64,000 bases of DNA from Camelus ferus (Eukaryota), in the NCBI RefSeq assembly GCF_009834535.1, contig NC_045697.1, positions 66,528,001-66,592,000 on the forward strand. Direction: 5' to 3'. Of this stretch, positions 24,351 through 38,422 are shown in pieces (the stretch's first letter is position 1; each line of letters starts with the position of its first letter). The position numbers were made by a program, and so were the translations under genes. The notes under the pieces are model-generated. The model saw nothing but the letters and a program-made list of their open reading frames with translations. It did no database searches and was not told the origin of the DNA.

Positions 24351-27300
24351 GAAGGATGAACGTAATTTAACAGGTAACCTGAGGCAGGAGGAGAGATAGT
24401 GTGTCCCAAGTAGAGAACAGTAATCCCTGTGGCATTATTAGGATTGGAAAAGGTAGCCTGTGGTTGAGGAACTGAAATAGTTTGGTAAGTTGAGATCATA
24501 GGATAACTGGAAAAGATGAGATCTGAGTGGCAGATAAAGGCCTGATCTTAAAAATTTAAACTCCAAGATGGTGTGCTTGCTCATTGCGGTGTAAAACTTG
24601 TATTAATACCTAAAATAGTGTCATTCTTTATACATTTCTATTATACATGTATATTTTATCTCAGTACAGTACATCATATATAAAATGTATGAAATATTTG
24701 ATAGATGCTATGGAGAACCAGTACGAGTTATTACTGTTACAATGTAGTAGACTAACATCAGATACAAGGTTTAGTAAGGTAACTTTATTGCGTGTCTGGG
24801 GTGGGTTGCTGGGTCGGGTATCGGGATTTGGGAGGCAGGGAGACCAGCTGAGAGGTTTATGACTTCTGAATGCTGAGGTTCCGCTCTCACTCCCGTATCC
24901 CTTTCCTGTGCGCACTCAGCCCTGGCCTGGGTCTTTCTGCAGAGCTGTCTGTCAGGTAGGAGCTTGGCCTCAGGGGTTCACCCTGTGCTTTCCATTGTCC
25001 ACACTGAGAGAGTTCTCACTGCATCTTCCTAGAACTTGTTGAAGTAGGAGGAATTTCTTTTATCTTGTGAGCTTTAAAACAAAACGATAGACTTTATTGT
25101 TTTAGAGCAGTTTTAGGTTTAATCAAGATAACTTTTAAACAAAAAGGAAAGGATATCTTTTAGTTTTTTTTTAACCTCTTCTTATCTTTAATATCTCGTT
25201 ATCTTTAGTATCTTCTTGCTTCGTCACAATGAATGGCTCTTTGTAGGCTGTGGCATCTCTTTTGTAGAAATTCCATGTCGTCTTCCTTGATTTACACTCT
25301 TGTACTGTCTTTAATAACTTTTGATAGTTATATTGTGAAGTTATCCACTTTACCAAGTATGTCATTTTATTACTCAGTATTACCATGATGATCTTATTTG
25401 GGCGAGAGCTAAGATTTTTATGTCCATGAAGTTTAGAAATGGTCACTGCTTCATGTTCTTTCACTAGTGTTTTAACTTTGTGATCTCAGAGCTGAAAAGT
25501 TTTTGTAAACTATTTAAATGACTAAGGGGAAGTTTTGTCTCAATTATGCTCACGTTAAATTTCAAAATATTGTCATGAAACTTTTGAGTCTTCTAATCAC
25601 TTGCAAAAATACTTGTTGTCTATTTTTTTATTTACTTGAAATATGAAATGATATGCAGTCAGATAAACAGGAAGAGAATGGACTTAGTTCTGCGTCTTCC
25701 TTTCCTGTTGGCCACCGGTTTTATATTCTAAATGTAGTTTATCCCAAAGTAAATGCCTTAGGAAGAGCTAACCAAAATCAGCCAGAAGAGGCTCCCCACC
25801 CTCTGCCAATCCCCCATACCCCCGCCCTTGCCCTGGCTGTTTTCTGAAATGAATAGTTCTTTTATTTCATAACCCCCATCTTTACTGGATATTTTCAAAC
25901 TATTCTTTCTTCCTTTTATCAGTGGTGTAGCTTTTCCATCACTTGGCACTGTTGGATTTATAGTGTATTTTGAAAAGATGTATTACTAAATTGAGCAATT
26001 CCCTATCTGTCTGGCATATTTAAATTGTGGATTATTCAAATTAAGAGAGTTTTTCAGATGATTAAGTTTTACATCCTTGATCATGAAAATATTTAGTTAT
26101 TATTGATAGGCAACTCTAAAAATAATGTGCTTTTTCCTTGCCTCATAAAATAGGTTATATTGAACATAATTTAATCTTTTCTGATTACTCAATTATTATA
26201 GACACACTCTAAAAAACTCTGCTTTCGTAAATACTTCTGATATAAATGGGCTCTTTGTCCCTACTCTAAGTGTTCTCAGGACTGAATTGTTCTGTCTGTT
26301 TTGGCCTCTGATTTTTGTTATTTATTTGATGGCTACAGTATTTCTGTCACTAGTGGGCCCATGCCAGCACCCCGTCTCTCCTCCTCCTTTTTTTCTCATC
26401 GCTTTTTCCATAACACAACACACACATCACACGCACATACCCCGTTAGCTATTTGTATTGCTTTGATTACTTGAAAAATGAGAATTGGTCCAAAATAGGA
26501 TAAAATAAGGACTTGAATCTGAAGCCAAGTGGTTCTACTATTAGTCAATTATCTAAATCTCATTGTATTTATCATCTGGCATTTCAGTTAACTAGTCAGT
26601 GGCTTTGTTTAATTTGCTTTTCAGTCTTGGTTAGGCTGGAGAGTTGAATTTTCTCATTAAATATGACTTTAGGTTAACTGAGATGTTACTGTAAAAATGT
26701 AACTTTTACATAGTTACATATGAATTTTGAGGCAGAATTGATTATGGAAGCATATCCAGTAAAATAAAACTATCTTTTAAAAATGATGTTCCCTAAACAA
26801 CCATATTTCCATACAATTTAACTGAAAACTATCCAAAGCAACTTAAATGGGTTCTCCTTTTACCTTTTAGAAAATTACTGTCTGAAAGCAATGGCATTAT
26901 TCAGGTAGTCACTAAAAGGGGGAAAATACGGTGTAACTAATTTCCTATGGAAGGTTATATAGACAACCTCTTACTGAAACATTAAAAAATAATTTGGGTC
27001 CGGATTAACATTTTTAAAAAGTGAAAAACGATGCCACCTCTGAGTACACTCAAACATTTGGGGAGTTAGATGACAACAAGCAGAACTGTAAAATGTTCAG
27101 CCTCAGATTTTGCTGTCTGGATTTTATGTTTGATCGATTCATAGTGCATTTGTAAAACTGATGGTATGACTTTGCATATTTGGGGATGGCCAATAAATTG
27201 TCAGGCCAGTTTTACATGAACTTTCAACAGTGTCTCCTGTTCTGCAGGCATGCCATGTGGTTAGTAGTAGTTAGGTGAATTCATGCTGCAGCAGTAGGTT

Positions 27301-28149
27301 TGACTCTCTTCTATTCAACAGTATTGGGGAAAATCGCAGATTTCTGACATGTTTGTGGCACCAGCGTCTTTCTGAATATAACCGTATTCTGAGCCTTTCT
27401 CAGATTACATACAAATAGGAAGTAATTGAAACCTTTGAGAAGAGGTTTTTAAAAATGTTTTTGAAGTTTTCGGTTGAGTAAGGATCAGGACTAAATGAAT
27501 GAAAATAAGGGATGTTATGTAGACACATCTCTTGGTTTCTCTTTCATCTCATTACAGACAGACTTAAAGATAATAGGAATTTTCCCAGAAGAGGGTGTTT
27601 TTTTCTGTGCTTTCAACTCTTATGTTGCTCATGTGTCGTTACTGGGCTTCCTTGAGGTTCTGTTGATTACATACTTGTGATATTTTCCAGTGCTTCTCAA
27701 AAGTATTGCGTGTGCTGTAAGAAGGCAACAACAAAAAATAATCAAAGTAAGTTTTGCTTATTTTTCATTTATATTGAATCTGTATTTGTGGTCAGGTTTA
27801 ATAAGGTTTACTTGTTTATTTAAATATGGAGTGTAATATGGAAGTGTATGATACTTCAGTCTCTGGAGTACTCAGTTCAAGAGATACATGTGTAAGAAAT
27901 AAATATGATTTACTTAGAACCATTATTTCTCTATTTCCAGAACACTTGTTTTAAAAGTGCTAAGGGAATATTTTCAGGAATACATATATATTTCTGAAGT
28001 ATTTACCCTGTAAGATGAAGTGTTGTAATGGCATATATTGTACAGAATTGATACAACTTATTAAATATGAGTTCGGAAGGTGTAGGGAATTACTGAGGCA
28101 ACAGTTGTTACCAGATTTGGTTGTGGCAATTAACAGTGAAATGAATTCA

Positions 28150-28360
28150 CGTTGACCTGAGGTGTATGGTGTAGTATTTCCCAAATTTGTCTAATATGAG
28201 GCTTTCCTGGGTGATAGAGGGTGTGTGTGTGTGTGTTTTAAAATGCATTTCTGGGTCATTTCTGAAGAGATTCTAATTGAATAGTTTGGGATAGGACCCA
28301 TGAGTTTATACTTTTAATGATACCCTAGGTAATTCTTCTTATAAAGTATGTTTGGCCAAT
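28150..28360. mobile_element. MER5-type hAT-Charlie DNA transposon with an internal (GT)8 microsatellite
   Basis: 'gagattctaattgaatagtttgggataggacccatgagtttatacttttaatgataccctaggtaattct' resembles MER5; GT repeat at about 28221-28236. Confidence 0.6.
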
Positions 28361-28519
28361 AATCACATGGGTTAAAGAGTTAGACTGGCAAATAATACCT
28401 ATTGACGGCAGCTACCAAGCAAAGAACAGTATTTATGCTGTTAGAGGACTCTTCGCCGTGTTAGTGGATGAATTTATAATAGTGATGATGGGAAATAGCT
28501 CTAGTCATAAAATTGCATC

Positions 28520-28715
28520 ATTTCTTCATCATGTATTTACTTAGGGTTTAAGATGCGCCAGGCATTGCTTATTTATCACGTATAGCATTTGTGATTATTT
28601 TACATATCTCATTTAAGAGTTGAGGAAACCAAGACTGAGAGTTGTGATTTAACTTGGGTCAAATTTAATGAGTAGGGGAAGTAATATTTAACCCCCGGCA
28701 GTCTGTTGCTAGAGT
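28520..28715 (-). mobile_element. MIR SINE (degraded)
   Basis: 'atgcgccaggcattg', 'ttgaggaaaccaagactgagag' and 'atttaacccccggcagtctg'. Confidence 0.6.
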
Positions 28716-29841
28716 TATTAGTACTGTTAACCAAAGTATAGGTGTATTGTATGCTTCGATTCCCTCTTTATTTGGTAAGAGTTGATAATTCCAAGCACCT
28801 CAACCCCAGCTTCCCTGTAATAAAAAAGCAATTCAGGTATGACACAGGGTTGGCTGTTGGGAGTGGTGTGAAGGGGCTGTTGGCATTCCCAGTGAGATGT
28901 GTCCCCTCTCAAAGGATGCTGTAGTGTAAGAGGAGACACAAGCAGCCTGACGCAAGTGTCCTAGAGTACCCCTCATTCTTCGCTATGAGTCTCCAGACGC
29001 CAGCACATAAAAGCACCACGTCACTACCTCCGGCCCCAAGTCCCATGACGTCAGCCCTCCCACACAAATACTCTTGAAGCCAGGCAGCAGTGTCCATCCT
29101 TCACATGTGTTTTTACTTGCTGACAGACCTTTGGCAGGTTTAGCTGCCTCAGTCCTAAGTGATAACTTGACGTTGACATCTGCCTGTTAGTCAGAGCTGC
29201 AGAGTGGAGAGTTTCATCAGGGCGCTGATAATCTAAGGTGTTGACTGTCCTCAGGATAATAAATACTGAAGGTTTCTCTTCCCCTCCTACCTTCCGTGTT
29301 TAATGTTAATTAACCTTAGTGTTGAGAATCTGTTCACTGGTGTTGCTCTTCCAGAAAGCAGCATCCAGAGAGGAAGATTGAAGGCAGGGAGCATCCTCAG
29401 CAAGATACTTGGCTTATGTGAGTCACTGTGGTTTTCGTGTAAACCATGCCATTGAGCATCCCAGGCGCATTTTAGTGCATGTTTCTCAGACTACCCCTGC
29501 AAAGCCATTCTCTCCAACCCAGTTTGAAGCAGGCAAACAGACAAGAACAAAACAATGGCTGGCACTCACACCATGCTTCTAGAGTGTAATTTTTCAGTTC
29601 TGCCTCCCCCTCATTCATACTGGGTGAGAACTTGTTCTTTCTGTTGTTCCCTTGATGGCAGAAAGATCATATCTTTGTGATGCTGTGATGAATAGAGTTC
29701 ATAGTGATGACGTTGGAGGGGAACACTGGCCTAGCCTTCCATCTCCGGGGAGAGAAGACATTGGGAAATTCAGACATTTTAGGCAAAGGAGAAATGAAAG
29801 CTAAACTTTAAAGGAGAGAAGAATTTCACTTTTACATGATT

Positions 29842-31195
29842 TAAAATATTTTATTTTATTGAAATATAGTCAGTTTATAATGTTTAATTTCTGGTGTACA
29901 GCATAGTGTTTCAGTTATATGTGTGTATAATATGTATTTATGTGTTCCTTTTCATATTCTTTTTCACTATAGGTCATTATAAGGTATTGAATATAGGTCC
30001 CTGTGCTATACAGTAGGACCTTGTTGTTTATCTGTTTTATATATAGTAGTTAGTATCTGCAAATGCCAAACTCCCAATTTATCTTTTCACTCCGCCCCCT
30101 TCCCTCCTGGTAACCGTAATTTTGTTTTCTATGTCTTTGATTCTGTTTCTGTTTTGTAAGGAAGTTCATTTATGTCATTTTTTTAAAAGATTCCACATAT
30201 AAATGATATATGGTACTTTTCTTTCTCTTTCTGGCTTACTTCACTTAGTATGACAATCTCCAGGTCCATCCATGTTGTTGCAAATGGCATTGTTTCATTC
30301 TTTTTTATGGCTGAGTATTCCATTGTGTGTATGTGTACATATACCACAGCTTCTTCATCCAGTCATCTGTCGATGGGCATTTAGGTTGCTTCTATATCTT
30401 GGCTATTATATGTAGTGCTGCTATGAACATTGGAGTCCATGTATATCTTTTCGAATTAGAGTTCCCCTGGATATATGCCCAGGAGTGGGATTGCTGGATC
30501 ATATGGTAAGCCTATTTTTAGTTTTTTAGGGAATCTCCATGCTGTTTTTCATAAATGGCTACACGAAACTACATTGCCACCAGCACTGTGGGAAGATTCC
30601 CTTTTCTCCACACCTTCTTCAGCATTTATCATTTGTGGACTTTTTAATGATGGCCATTCTAACTGGTGTGAGTTGATACCTCATTGCAGTTTTGATTTGC
30701 ATTTTTTTGATAATTAGCAATATTGAGCATTTTTTCATGTGCCTGTTGGCTGTTTGTATGTCTTCATTGGAGAAATGCTTGCTTATGTTTTCTGCCCATT
30801 TTAGGATTGGGGTTTTTTTCTTTTCTTTTTTTTTTTTTTTTTTACTGAGTTGTATGAACTGTTTGTATATTCTGGAAATTAAGCACATGTCAGTTGCATC
30901 ATTTGCAAATATTTTCTCCCATTCCATACATTGTCTTTTTGTTTATAGTTTCCTTTGTTGTGCAAAAGCTTGTAAGTTTGATTATGTCCCATTTGTTTAT
31001 TTTTGCTTTTATTTCTGTTGCCTGGGTAGACTGCCATAGGAGAACGTTGCTAAGATATGTCAGAAAATGTTTTGCCTATGTTTTTCTCTAGGAGGTTTAT
31101 AGTGTCTTTTCTTAAGTTTGTCTTTAAGCCATTTTGAGTATTTTTGTGTAAAATGTGAGGGAGTGTTCTGACTTCATTGATTTACATGTGGCTGT
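29842..31195 (-). mobile_element. 5'-truncated LINE-1 (3'UTR plus ORF2 C-terminus), cetartiodactyl-type
   Basis: ORF 30619-30927(-) [12 protein letters not shown]...[27 protein letters not shown] is the L1 ORF2p C-terminal region; 3'UTR text 'tgtgctatacagtaggaccttgttgtttatct'. Confidence 0.95.
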
Positions 31196-31799
31196 TACGT
31201 TTTTTTAATTCATGATTTTTTTCGTCTCTTGTTTTGAATGCATTTGATTCAATGGGTGTCACTTTTTCTAAGTGGAATTGAATCAGAGTAGTGTAGTATT
31301 TGTGATTCTTTTTCGCTACAACTAGAGGATGATCCCAATTTCTCTTGTCATTTGCCTTGATACCCTCTTTAGCAGAAGGCATTCTTTCAGTGCTGTGTCT
31401 ACAGAAAGAAATTTCGGGCCGTTTTCACTGCCTTTTTGGCTGCTTTGAATCAGGAATCTTTTTAGTAAGGTTTACGCATTTGTATTCAGATATCATTTGT
31501 GCAGGAACAGCTTTGAATCCAGATGTGAGATTTCATTTTAGTTCAGAGTTTATACTTGAAGAGTGTATAGGAGATCATTTATTTTATGCCATCCCATGGA
31601 TTAGGAAACAGTCTGAGTATAGAAATTTATTGTGAGGATTATTTAGGATATTTCCCTGTGATAGGAAGCAAAACTATTTTAAGGTCTTTTTGTTGTTTTA
31701 CTGTTTTCTTTGGTCAGCAAATGGTCTTTTAGTGAATAGGACAAGGACTGTCAAGTGCTTAATATGGGTCTGGCACTCCTGTAGAATACACGTGGGCAA

Positions 31800-31950
31800 C
31801 TGTGAAGAAGTGAAGTCGGCTTGTTGCTCCTTATCTGTGTGACCTCAGGCCAGTCCTGTCCCATCTTTGGACTTCACTGTCCTCAGCTGTAAAATGAAAA
31901 TTGTCATATCACATTTGCCTTCCAGTTGGGTTGTTTTGAGGATCAAGAGA
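31800..31950 (+). mobile_element. MIR SINE
   Basis: 'ctgtgtgacctcaggccagtc...ctcagctgtaaaatgaaaatt...gttgttttgaggatcaag'. Confidence 0.7.
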
Positions 31951-32589
31951 AGCTGTGTCTTTTTAAAATTATAATATAATTATCTAAAGTTATTTGATAT
32001 TTTTAGTCTTTTTTTTTATATAGTCACTGTTCTTCAGGAACTTATAACTTGTTTGCTTTAACAAAGTTTATGTAAAATAAATACTTGAAGAGCAGCATAA
32101 AGTAGGATATAACTAAATGCAATTATTTTTCAGCAGTTTCTATGTTTTACAGGTCAGGAAAAGGAGAGATGGCTGTAGATGGGTTAGAGGAAGCTTGCAG
32201 GAGAATTGGGTGAACTGGGTATTTAACTGTGGATTAGGGCAGGGAGACCTAGACCTGGAGCAGAGAGTGATCATGTTGGTGGGAAGGAAGATAGGTAAGC
32301 CGATCCACCTGATTTCACCCAGGTGCCATGGACCTGAAAATTGTCTGCCTTCAAATGTCATCCAGAGCCTCCATAGCTGATCCCTGTGGTCGCTGGGACT
32401 CTGCTTACTCCTTTGCACATCACAGTTCCTCTTCATGGGATTATCTTCCTCCTTTCCTTCCTCCAATCTAGTGTCTTAGATCTTATGACAATCAGGTATC
32501 ATCACCCTGGTGCCTTTGCTGCACTATTAGCCTTCCCTCCTCTGCCTTCCTACTGTACCTTCTGGAGGGCTCCATGACTCACAACTTAC

Positions 32590-32800
32590 CATTAGTTACG
32601 TGGTTTAAATGCATCATTCCATTTTGTCATTATAATAGCTTCTTGAGTTGTTAGAACTTCCTGAGTTAGGTATTATTATTATTATCCTTATTTTACAAAC
32701 AGTAATGAAAATCCTTGAGACTCTGAAAGCTTAAATAATTTGTCCAAGGTCCTTTAGCTAATAATGCACATTTGGACTTAAACTAAGCCTATGTATCTGT
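32590..32800 (-). mobile_element. MIR SINE
   Basis: 'ttaggtattattatattatccttattttacaaac...aaataatttgtccaaggtc'. Confidence 0.65.
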
Positions 32801-35800
32801 TCTTATCAATGATGGAAAACTGAAAGATAATTTTTAACTACTTTATTTTAACAAGTTTTTGCATGTAAAATATGAGAGGAAAAAATAATACAAAAATAGA
32901 TTTTGGAAACTTTTCCCATTATTTTTTTTCCTGCTGGATTTTGCAGAGCAATAGATAAAATTAACCTTATGATTAAACAAGAGATCAGTAATATGCTGAG
33001 GTAAAGAAGAGTTAATTATAACACTCAGATTGTCAAGAATGCATTTTTTCTTTTCACTGTGTGCATCACTTTATACTATGCAAGTCTAAAAATTTTTGTA
33101 TTCTGCTTATAGGATTCTATTATTTCATTTCATATTTTACAAATGAATATATACCAAATTGGTTGGCATATAGCAAATTGATTGTTTAAAAGCGATTTTA
33201 TTTTTAGCTGGGAGGAGCACTTTGGAGGCAAGGAATGGTTTGTATTTGGTTCCAGGTACTGTGGTTGCCTGCCGTAATTGCGGGGAGAGACAGGCGGCTG
33301 TACAGACATCACATTTATTGGATGTTCAACTTCCTACTTTTCCCAGGTCAGTGGCTCTGGCTGAATCTCAAGCATGTGTGTTGAGATTGGTCTGGCCTAG
33401 GTCTGTGACAGAAGAACTGTTCCTCTTGGGGGCAAGTCTGGTTGGTGAGAGGCCTGGGGGCCTCTGGAGCTAGATAAACTGCCACTCGGGGCAACTCCTC
33501 AGTGTTTTGTTTTTTCTTTTCTGTTTTTTTTTTTTAAAGGCATCTTTGTCATCCCAGGAGTTCAGTTATCTACGCTAAAATTATCTTTGGCCAGGATGGT
33601 CAGTGAGAAAAGAGATGAATGAGGTAAAAGAAGGCTTCGTGACAAATGTGGGATTTGAGCTGAACTTTGAGGGATGGTGGGACTTACTTGCAAGTGCTAC
33701 CCAGAGAATAGTAGCAGAGACCTGGAACTGATGCCATGTTGAGGGTGATAGTGGGAGTTCTGATAGGATTAGAGAAAATTGTCTCCCGGGTTAATAAAAT
33801 CTACCTGTTACCACTCAGATGTGCAGAGAAATGTGTAGTTTGTGTATAATTAATCTGGTCTTTCTGGTAAGACTCATTTACTCATTGCTTAAAAGGCAAA
33901 ACATAACTATTACAGCCAGTCTGAAGGAAGAGTAGTTGAGTTTATAGCTTAATCTCCTTGAGTAATGACACTTCTCTCTAGGACGCTTTGCTACTCTGTC
34001 AGGCATCTCACCCTTCTTCCTAGCACTTCCCCCAGATAGCGAGGTGGACGGGGTAGTGGGTGGGGCAGAGTTACCTGGTGCCTGCTGTTCACTGCCCTTG
34101 TCTGTGGGGCAGTGGCTCTTGTTACCCTGCTTGCTGAATGCCTCCTCAACCCGTAGTGCTCATGCTTGTGGCTGATGAACTCACAGGCCATTCTTTGAAT
34201 TTCTCTCTCTGGGTACACCCTGGCTGACTCCAGACTCCTTTGCTTTTGCTGGATCGTGGAGCCCGTGGAGGTCTGGACTATGATATCCCTGGGTCATGTC
34301 CTGAGCAGTCCATCCTGCATCCTTGTTCCAGAGCCACCTCAAGTTGTGGCAGTGATCTCTGTCTGAGAAGCTTCTTGGTCAGAGTCTTAGCTAGATCTGC
34401 ATCTGGTCTACCCCTACACAGTAATCCAGCATGGTTCAGGAAAGCTTCGCCTCAGTGACTTCTCTGCCTCCAGGAAACTGGTTTGCTCTGATATGGTTCC
34501 CTCCCAGGTCCTTAGGAGTATCTTTAAGACACGCAACTGGAGAAAGGAGCTTATGAGCAGAGTGGGACCATGAGAAGTAAAGAATTGACAAGTCTACTCA
34601 TCTCAGTTTCCTGCCTCTCCTCAATTCTTTTCTAATTCTTCCAATGTGAAAAACAGGCAGGATTCTTCCTTCCTCTTCCTCTCAGGTCTTTGTTATGTAG
34701 GAATCTATAGTTTAGCTCAGCAAAGATGGCAAAGGAAGGATAATCTTTGGTCAAGATAATAACTTGATTTATAAGGCTCTTGCTGCAAAATCTTATTTTC
34801 TGAATGTTAGAAGTTGAAAATTTCTTCTGTCTTGGTCTTTGCATTCGCAGTTCTTTTATGATAAATCTTAATCTCTGTAAGCTAAGCTTGGATAGATTTG
34901 GGAAAAGGTCATGTGCTCAAGAAGTGCAAAGGTAAGAAAAAAAAATTAACATTTCATAGTGCGTTTGTTACAAGTGGTAAAAAATGACTCAGAAAACTGA
35001 CCCAGGTTCTTTGAACCAAATTTTCCAGGCTCTGTTCTGTAGGATTAGTTAATAGCATGCTTAAAATGATTCCTTCCAAAAGAGATGTATGGCCAAAGTG
35101 GGTATCTGCCTCTTAGAAGGTCACAGCAAATATTAGTTTATTAAAGGTTCTGAAAAGTCCTGCATAAAAAGAGGTATCTGTTAAGTTTTGACCATGAGGC
35201 TTAAGAAAATTGTTTAATTCCTAAGTGGGGAGAAGCTTTTAGCTGTGGCTGATCTAAATACAGGTCAGGGTCATGGCCATGCCAGTTAGAGCCTAAAACC
35301 AAAGAGAAAGAGATTTGAATGGCCGTTCAGACAACTTGCTTTGTTAATGTTTCTTTGCCAAGGACCATTACTGAACCTCTGGTGAAGGTATTTTTTGAAG
35401 TAAATCTATATTTTAAACCTGTTCACCTAGTATTTACTTTAAACTGAACTCCAGATAGAAGTTATTTTCTTTGGGAACTTTTACATAAAGTAGTTTATGT
35501 GATGTAGAAACTACTTTGTAATACGTATGCCTAGCAGTGAGCCTTTTGTGAGAGCCACTGTTTTCCCTTCCGATTAAATGAGAAATGCTGAAATTCTGTT
35601 TCATTTGGCTGCAAGCAAACAAATTCACTTGGGACCTCTTCTGCATCAGCTTTCTTCAGATAAAGAGTATAATGCTAATACTACTTACGTTTACATAATT
35701 CTGGAATTCAGTATAGACAGAAATAGGCAGGATGTACACTTGTCTGAAGTAATGTACCAGCTAATAGTCCTTATTTTAGAGTTCTTCTGGGATCCACAAA

Positions 35801-37119
35801 GTAAAGAAAAAATATACTGTGCCTGTTAAAGGGATAGTTTCTTCCAGCTCCAAAATTCTTTGTGTCTTTAATTCTGTGTCTTAAACTAAGCCATGCCTCT
35901 ATCTCCCATATATCAAAGCAGAGAAATAAGGCTTAGAGAAGTTAAATAACAATTTTAAGTTTCTATAGTGAGCACTAAAATACAATTTTACTTTCAGTAA
36001 GCTGAGTAATGATTTAACAGTTTAGGTAAATTTATTTTTTGATAACACATTTCATTGAAATCTAAGGAATTTGATTCCTTATTAAGATCTTAAACCAGAT
36101 GCACTTTATAGATGTTAAATTCCTGGTTGTATGTTTTTAATTCACTGAAGGGAAGCGTATTTATAAAACTTAGAAATATGTGGAGAAACTACCTTCAACT
36201 TTTAATTTATTTTAACCAAGCATATTTTGTGATTAATGATAAATGAAAGCTGCAACTTTATTGCAGAAGGCTTTTGTGCCCCAGTCGGAATAATTTGTAT
36301 TCATGAGCCACAGTGGAATGAATGTATAATGCAGTTATAAATCATACTTGTATTATTGTTCCCAGCAGTTGAAATGGGTTTTAAATAGAAAAGTCACAGA
36401 ATAATTACATCGCTGTAGCAGGGGTAGGAGAATTACTGTGGAGAGGAGTGTGGAAACTGGGAAAGTAGTGTGGATATAGATGGTGATTCAGGCAAAACCC
36501 TGGCTTTTAACAAGAATGCCCTGAGAATGAGTAAATCTGTTAAATTTTGTCCTTTTATTCTTTGTTAAAATTTCCATATCTTAATGTATACTAGCAGCTG
36601 AAAAGTTATATATAGAGTAAATGAAGAAAATGAATGAATGAATAAATATAGATCTGGAAAGTTGGTAGCCAATAATAGTATAATAGGAGAAGATTGATTC
36701 ATACAATTAAGACTCTCAATTCCTTTACAATACATTCATCTGATACTTTCACTGCCTGGATATAGCAGTAACTGTACATAATGGAATCCAGTGCAAGTCA
36801 ACAAATATTTTTCCAAGCAATGTATTTTCTGAGGGGACTTCTATGTGTAGTTCACTTTAGCTTTATTCAGGAAAACCAACCTCTTAGTATCTAAATGGGA
36901 TATTCTCCTTACTGTGTCATATTGATCTTAAGGGAGTATAGGTACAACTTAAGTTCAGGCTGAGTCAAGGCATTTTAACTGTGTTCAGTGAATTCAGTCA
37001 GTGTTGACAGTGAGTTTCTGGGTGTCAGGCCCAAAGTTAAGATTCTTCTCCATCATAACTGAGAGTTGGAACAAAATTAATTAGTTGGCTCAGTCATTCC
37101 CTTTGACTGTATACCCGTT

Positions 37120-37300
37120 GTCTATAGTAGACTATTAGCTGCTGGACTTCAAACTAGTGACTTATGCTCACAGAGACTGTTTCCTTACTAGTACAATGAG
37201 GGTAATACCTACCTCACAGGGTTTTGTTGAAGATAAAATGCATCATTTGATATGCCCTCTGCCTAGCACAATTTGTGGAGGTTATTGCACCAGTAATTAG
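37120..37300 (+). mobile_element. MIR SINE (degraded)
   Basis: 'taatacctacctcacagggttttgttgaagataaaatg' and 'tgcctagcaca'. Confidence 0.65.
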
Positions 37301-37400
37301 TAATTTCTTCTTCACTTTTCCCTCTGTATTCTTTTACTGTACTGTAGGTCTAACTGAGTTAATTACGCTTCCGATGCTTCAGTGTTCTCTTCATTACTTC

Positions 37401-37587
37401 CAGGGATGCCAGGTAAAATGTACGATATCCAGTTAAACTTGAGTCTCAGATAAACAAGGAATAAATTTTACTATGAATTTGTCCCAAATATTGTATGGGA
37501 CATACTTATACTAAATTAGTCATGTTTATGTGAAATTCTAATTTAATTGAGTATCTTGTATTTTTATTTGCTAAATCTGGCAACTTT
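37401..37587 (+). mobile_element. MER53 palindromic hAT DNA transposon, full length
   Basis: Inverted termini agggatgccag / ctggcaactt, internal palindrome centred on 'gtcccaaatattgtatgggac', and 8-bp flanks attacttc (37393-37400) / attactac (37588-37595) consistent with a hAT TSD. Confidence 0.9.
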
Positions 37588-38422
37588 ATTACTACACACT
37601 GAATTTTACATCAGTAGCAATTGATATTCCTTTTTCTTATGAAGGACATTATTAAATAAGTTCATAATGAGTAAAAAATATTGCTAGTTATTTGTGTATT
37701 ATAATATTATATTATAATGAAAGTCATATTAAAATAAATCAGATTTAAAGTAAATCATATTAAAATAATCAAGTTTGATATAAAAAGTTTGATAATGATT
37801 TTTATTATAATTGCCTGTGTTTTATTTATTAAGGAACTAGAGAAAGAGAGGGAGTGAGGGACAAAGGTGGGGAGAGAGAGGCAAGAATCTAGTAGAGAGA
37901 AATTGTGTATGTACTTTTGGCTATAAATCAGTAAAGTCAGGAAGTGAATCACACTTAGGTAATTAAGAATGATTTAATTTATTTTCAAGGAGTGAAATCT
38001 GGTAACAGCAAATCTGGTGAACATGCAGCCATACCTGGTGTATTGTGACTGGAGAGAATAACATGATGTTTTGTAATCTGTGGAGAACAGGAAGTAGATT
38101 CAATATGGATCCAGGATTATATATGATGAACTTTGTTTTATATTGTTTCAGCATTTGAAATAATAAAATAAGTATTTTTCATTGCAACATTGTACATGTA
38201 GTATTTGCGATTTTTCTATTTTGTACTTACTTGTAATTGTTACTTTGTAGAATTTCTAAAATTAAATGAACATACTTGTTCCTAATGCTGTTCTAAAGGT
38301 TTTTGCATTTTTTGGCTATACAGCATACATACCAGCTATAAAAAAATTTGGAATACAGAAAATTAAAATAATTACTCACAGCTTCATTACACAGAGAAAA
38401 CTAGTATCTTTTTGGTATTTTA

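Noticed and set aside
30327..31091. Hydrophobic + strand ORFs (also 39216-39488 and 41407-41829)
   Set aside because: Antisense frames of A-rich L1 ORF2 routinely give Phe/Leu/Ile-rich pseudo-ORFs.
29820..31220. Target-site duplication for the truncated L1
   Set aside because: Only short T-rich similarities (catgattt, ttac) were found; no convincing TSD.
32153..32294. Possible 142-nt exon (ttttacag| ... TAG|GTAAGC)
   Set aside because: Overlaps purine-rich, L2-like sequence; such site pairs are common in long introns and nothing else supports it.
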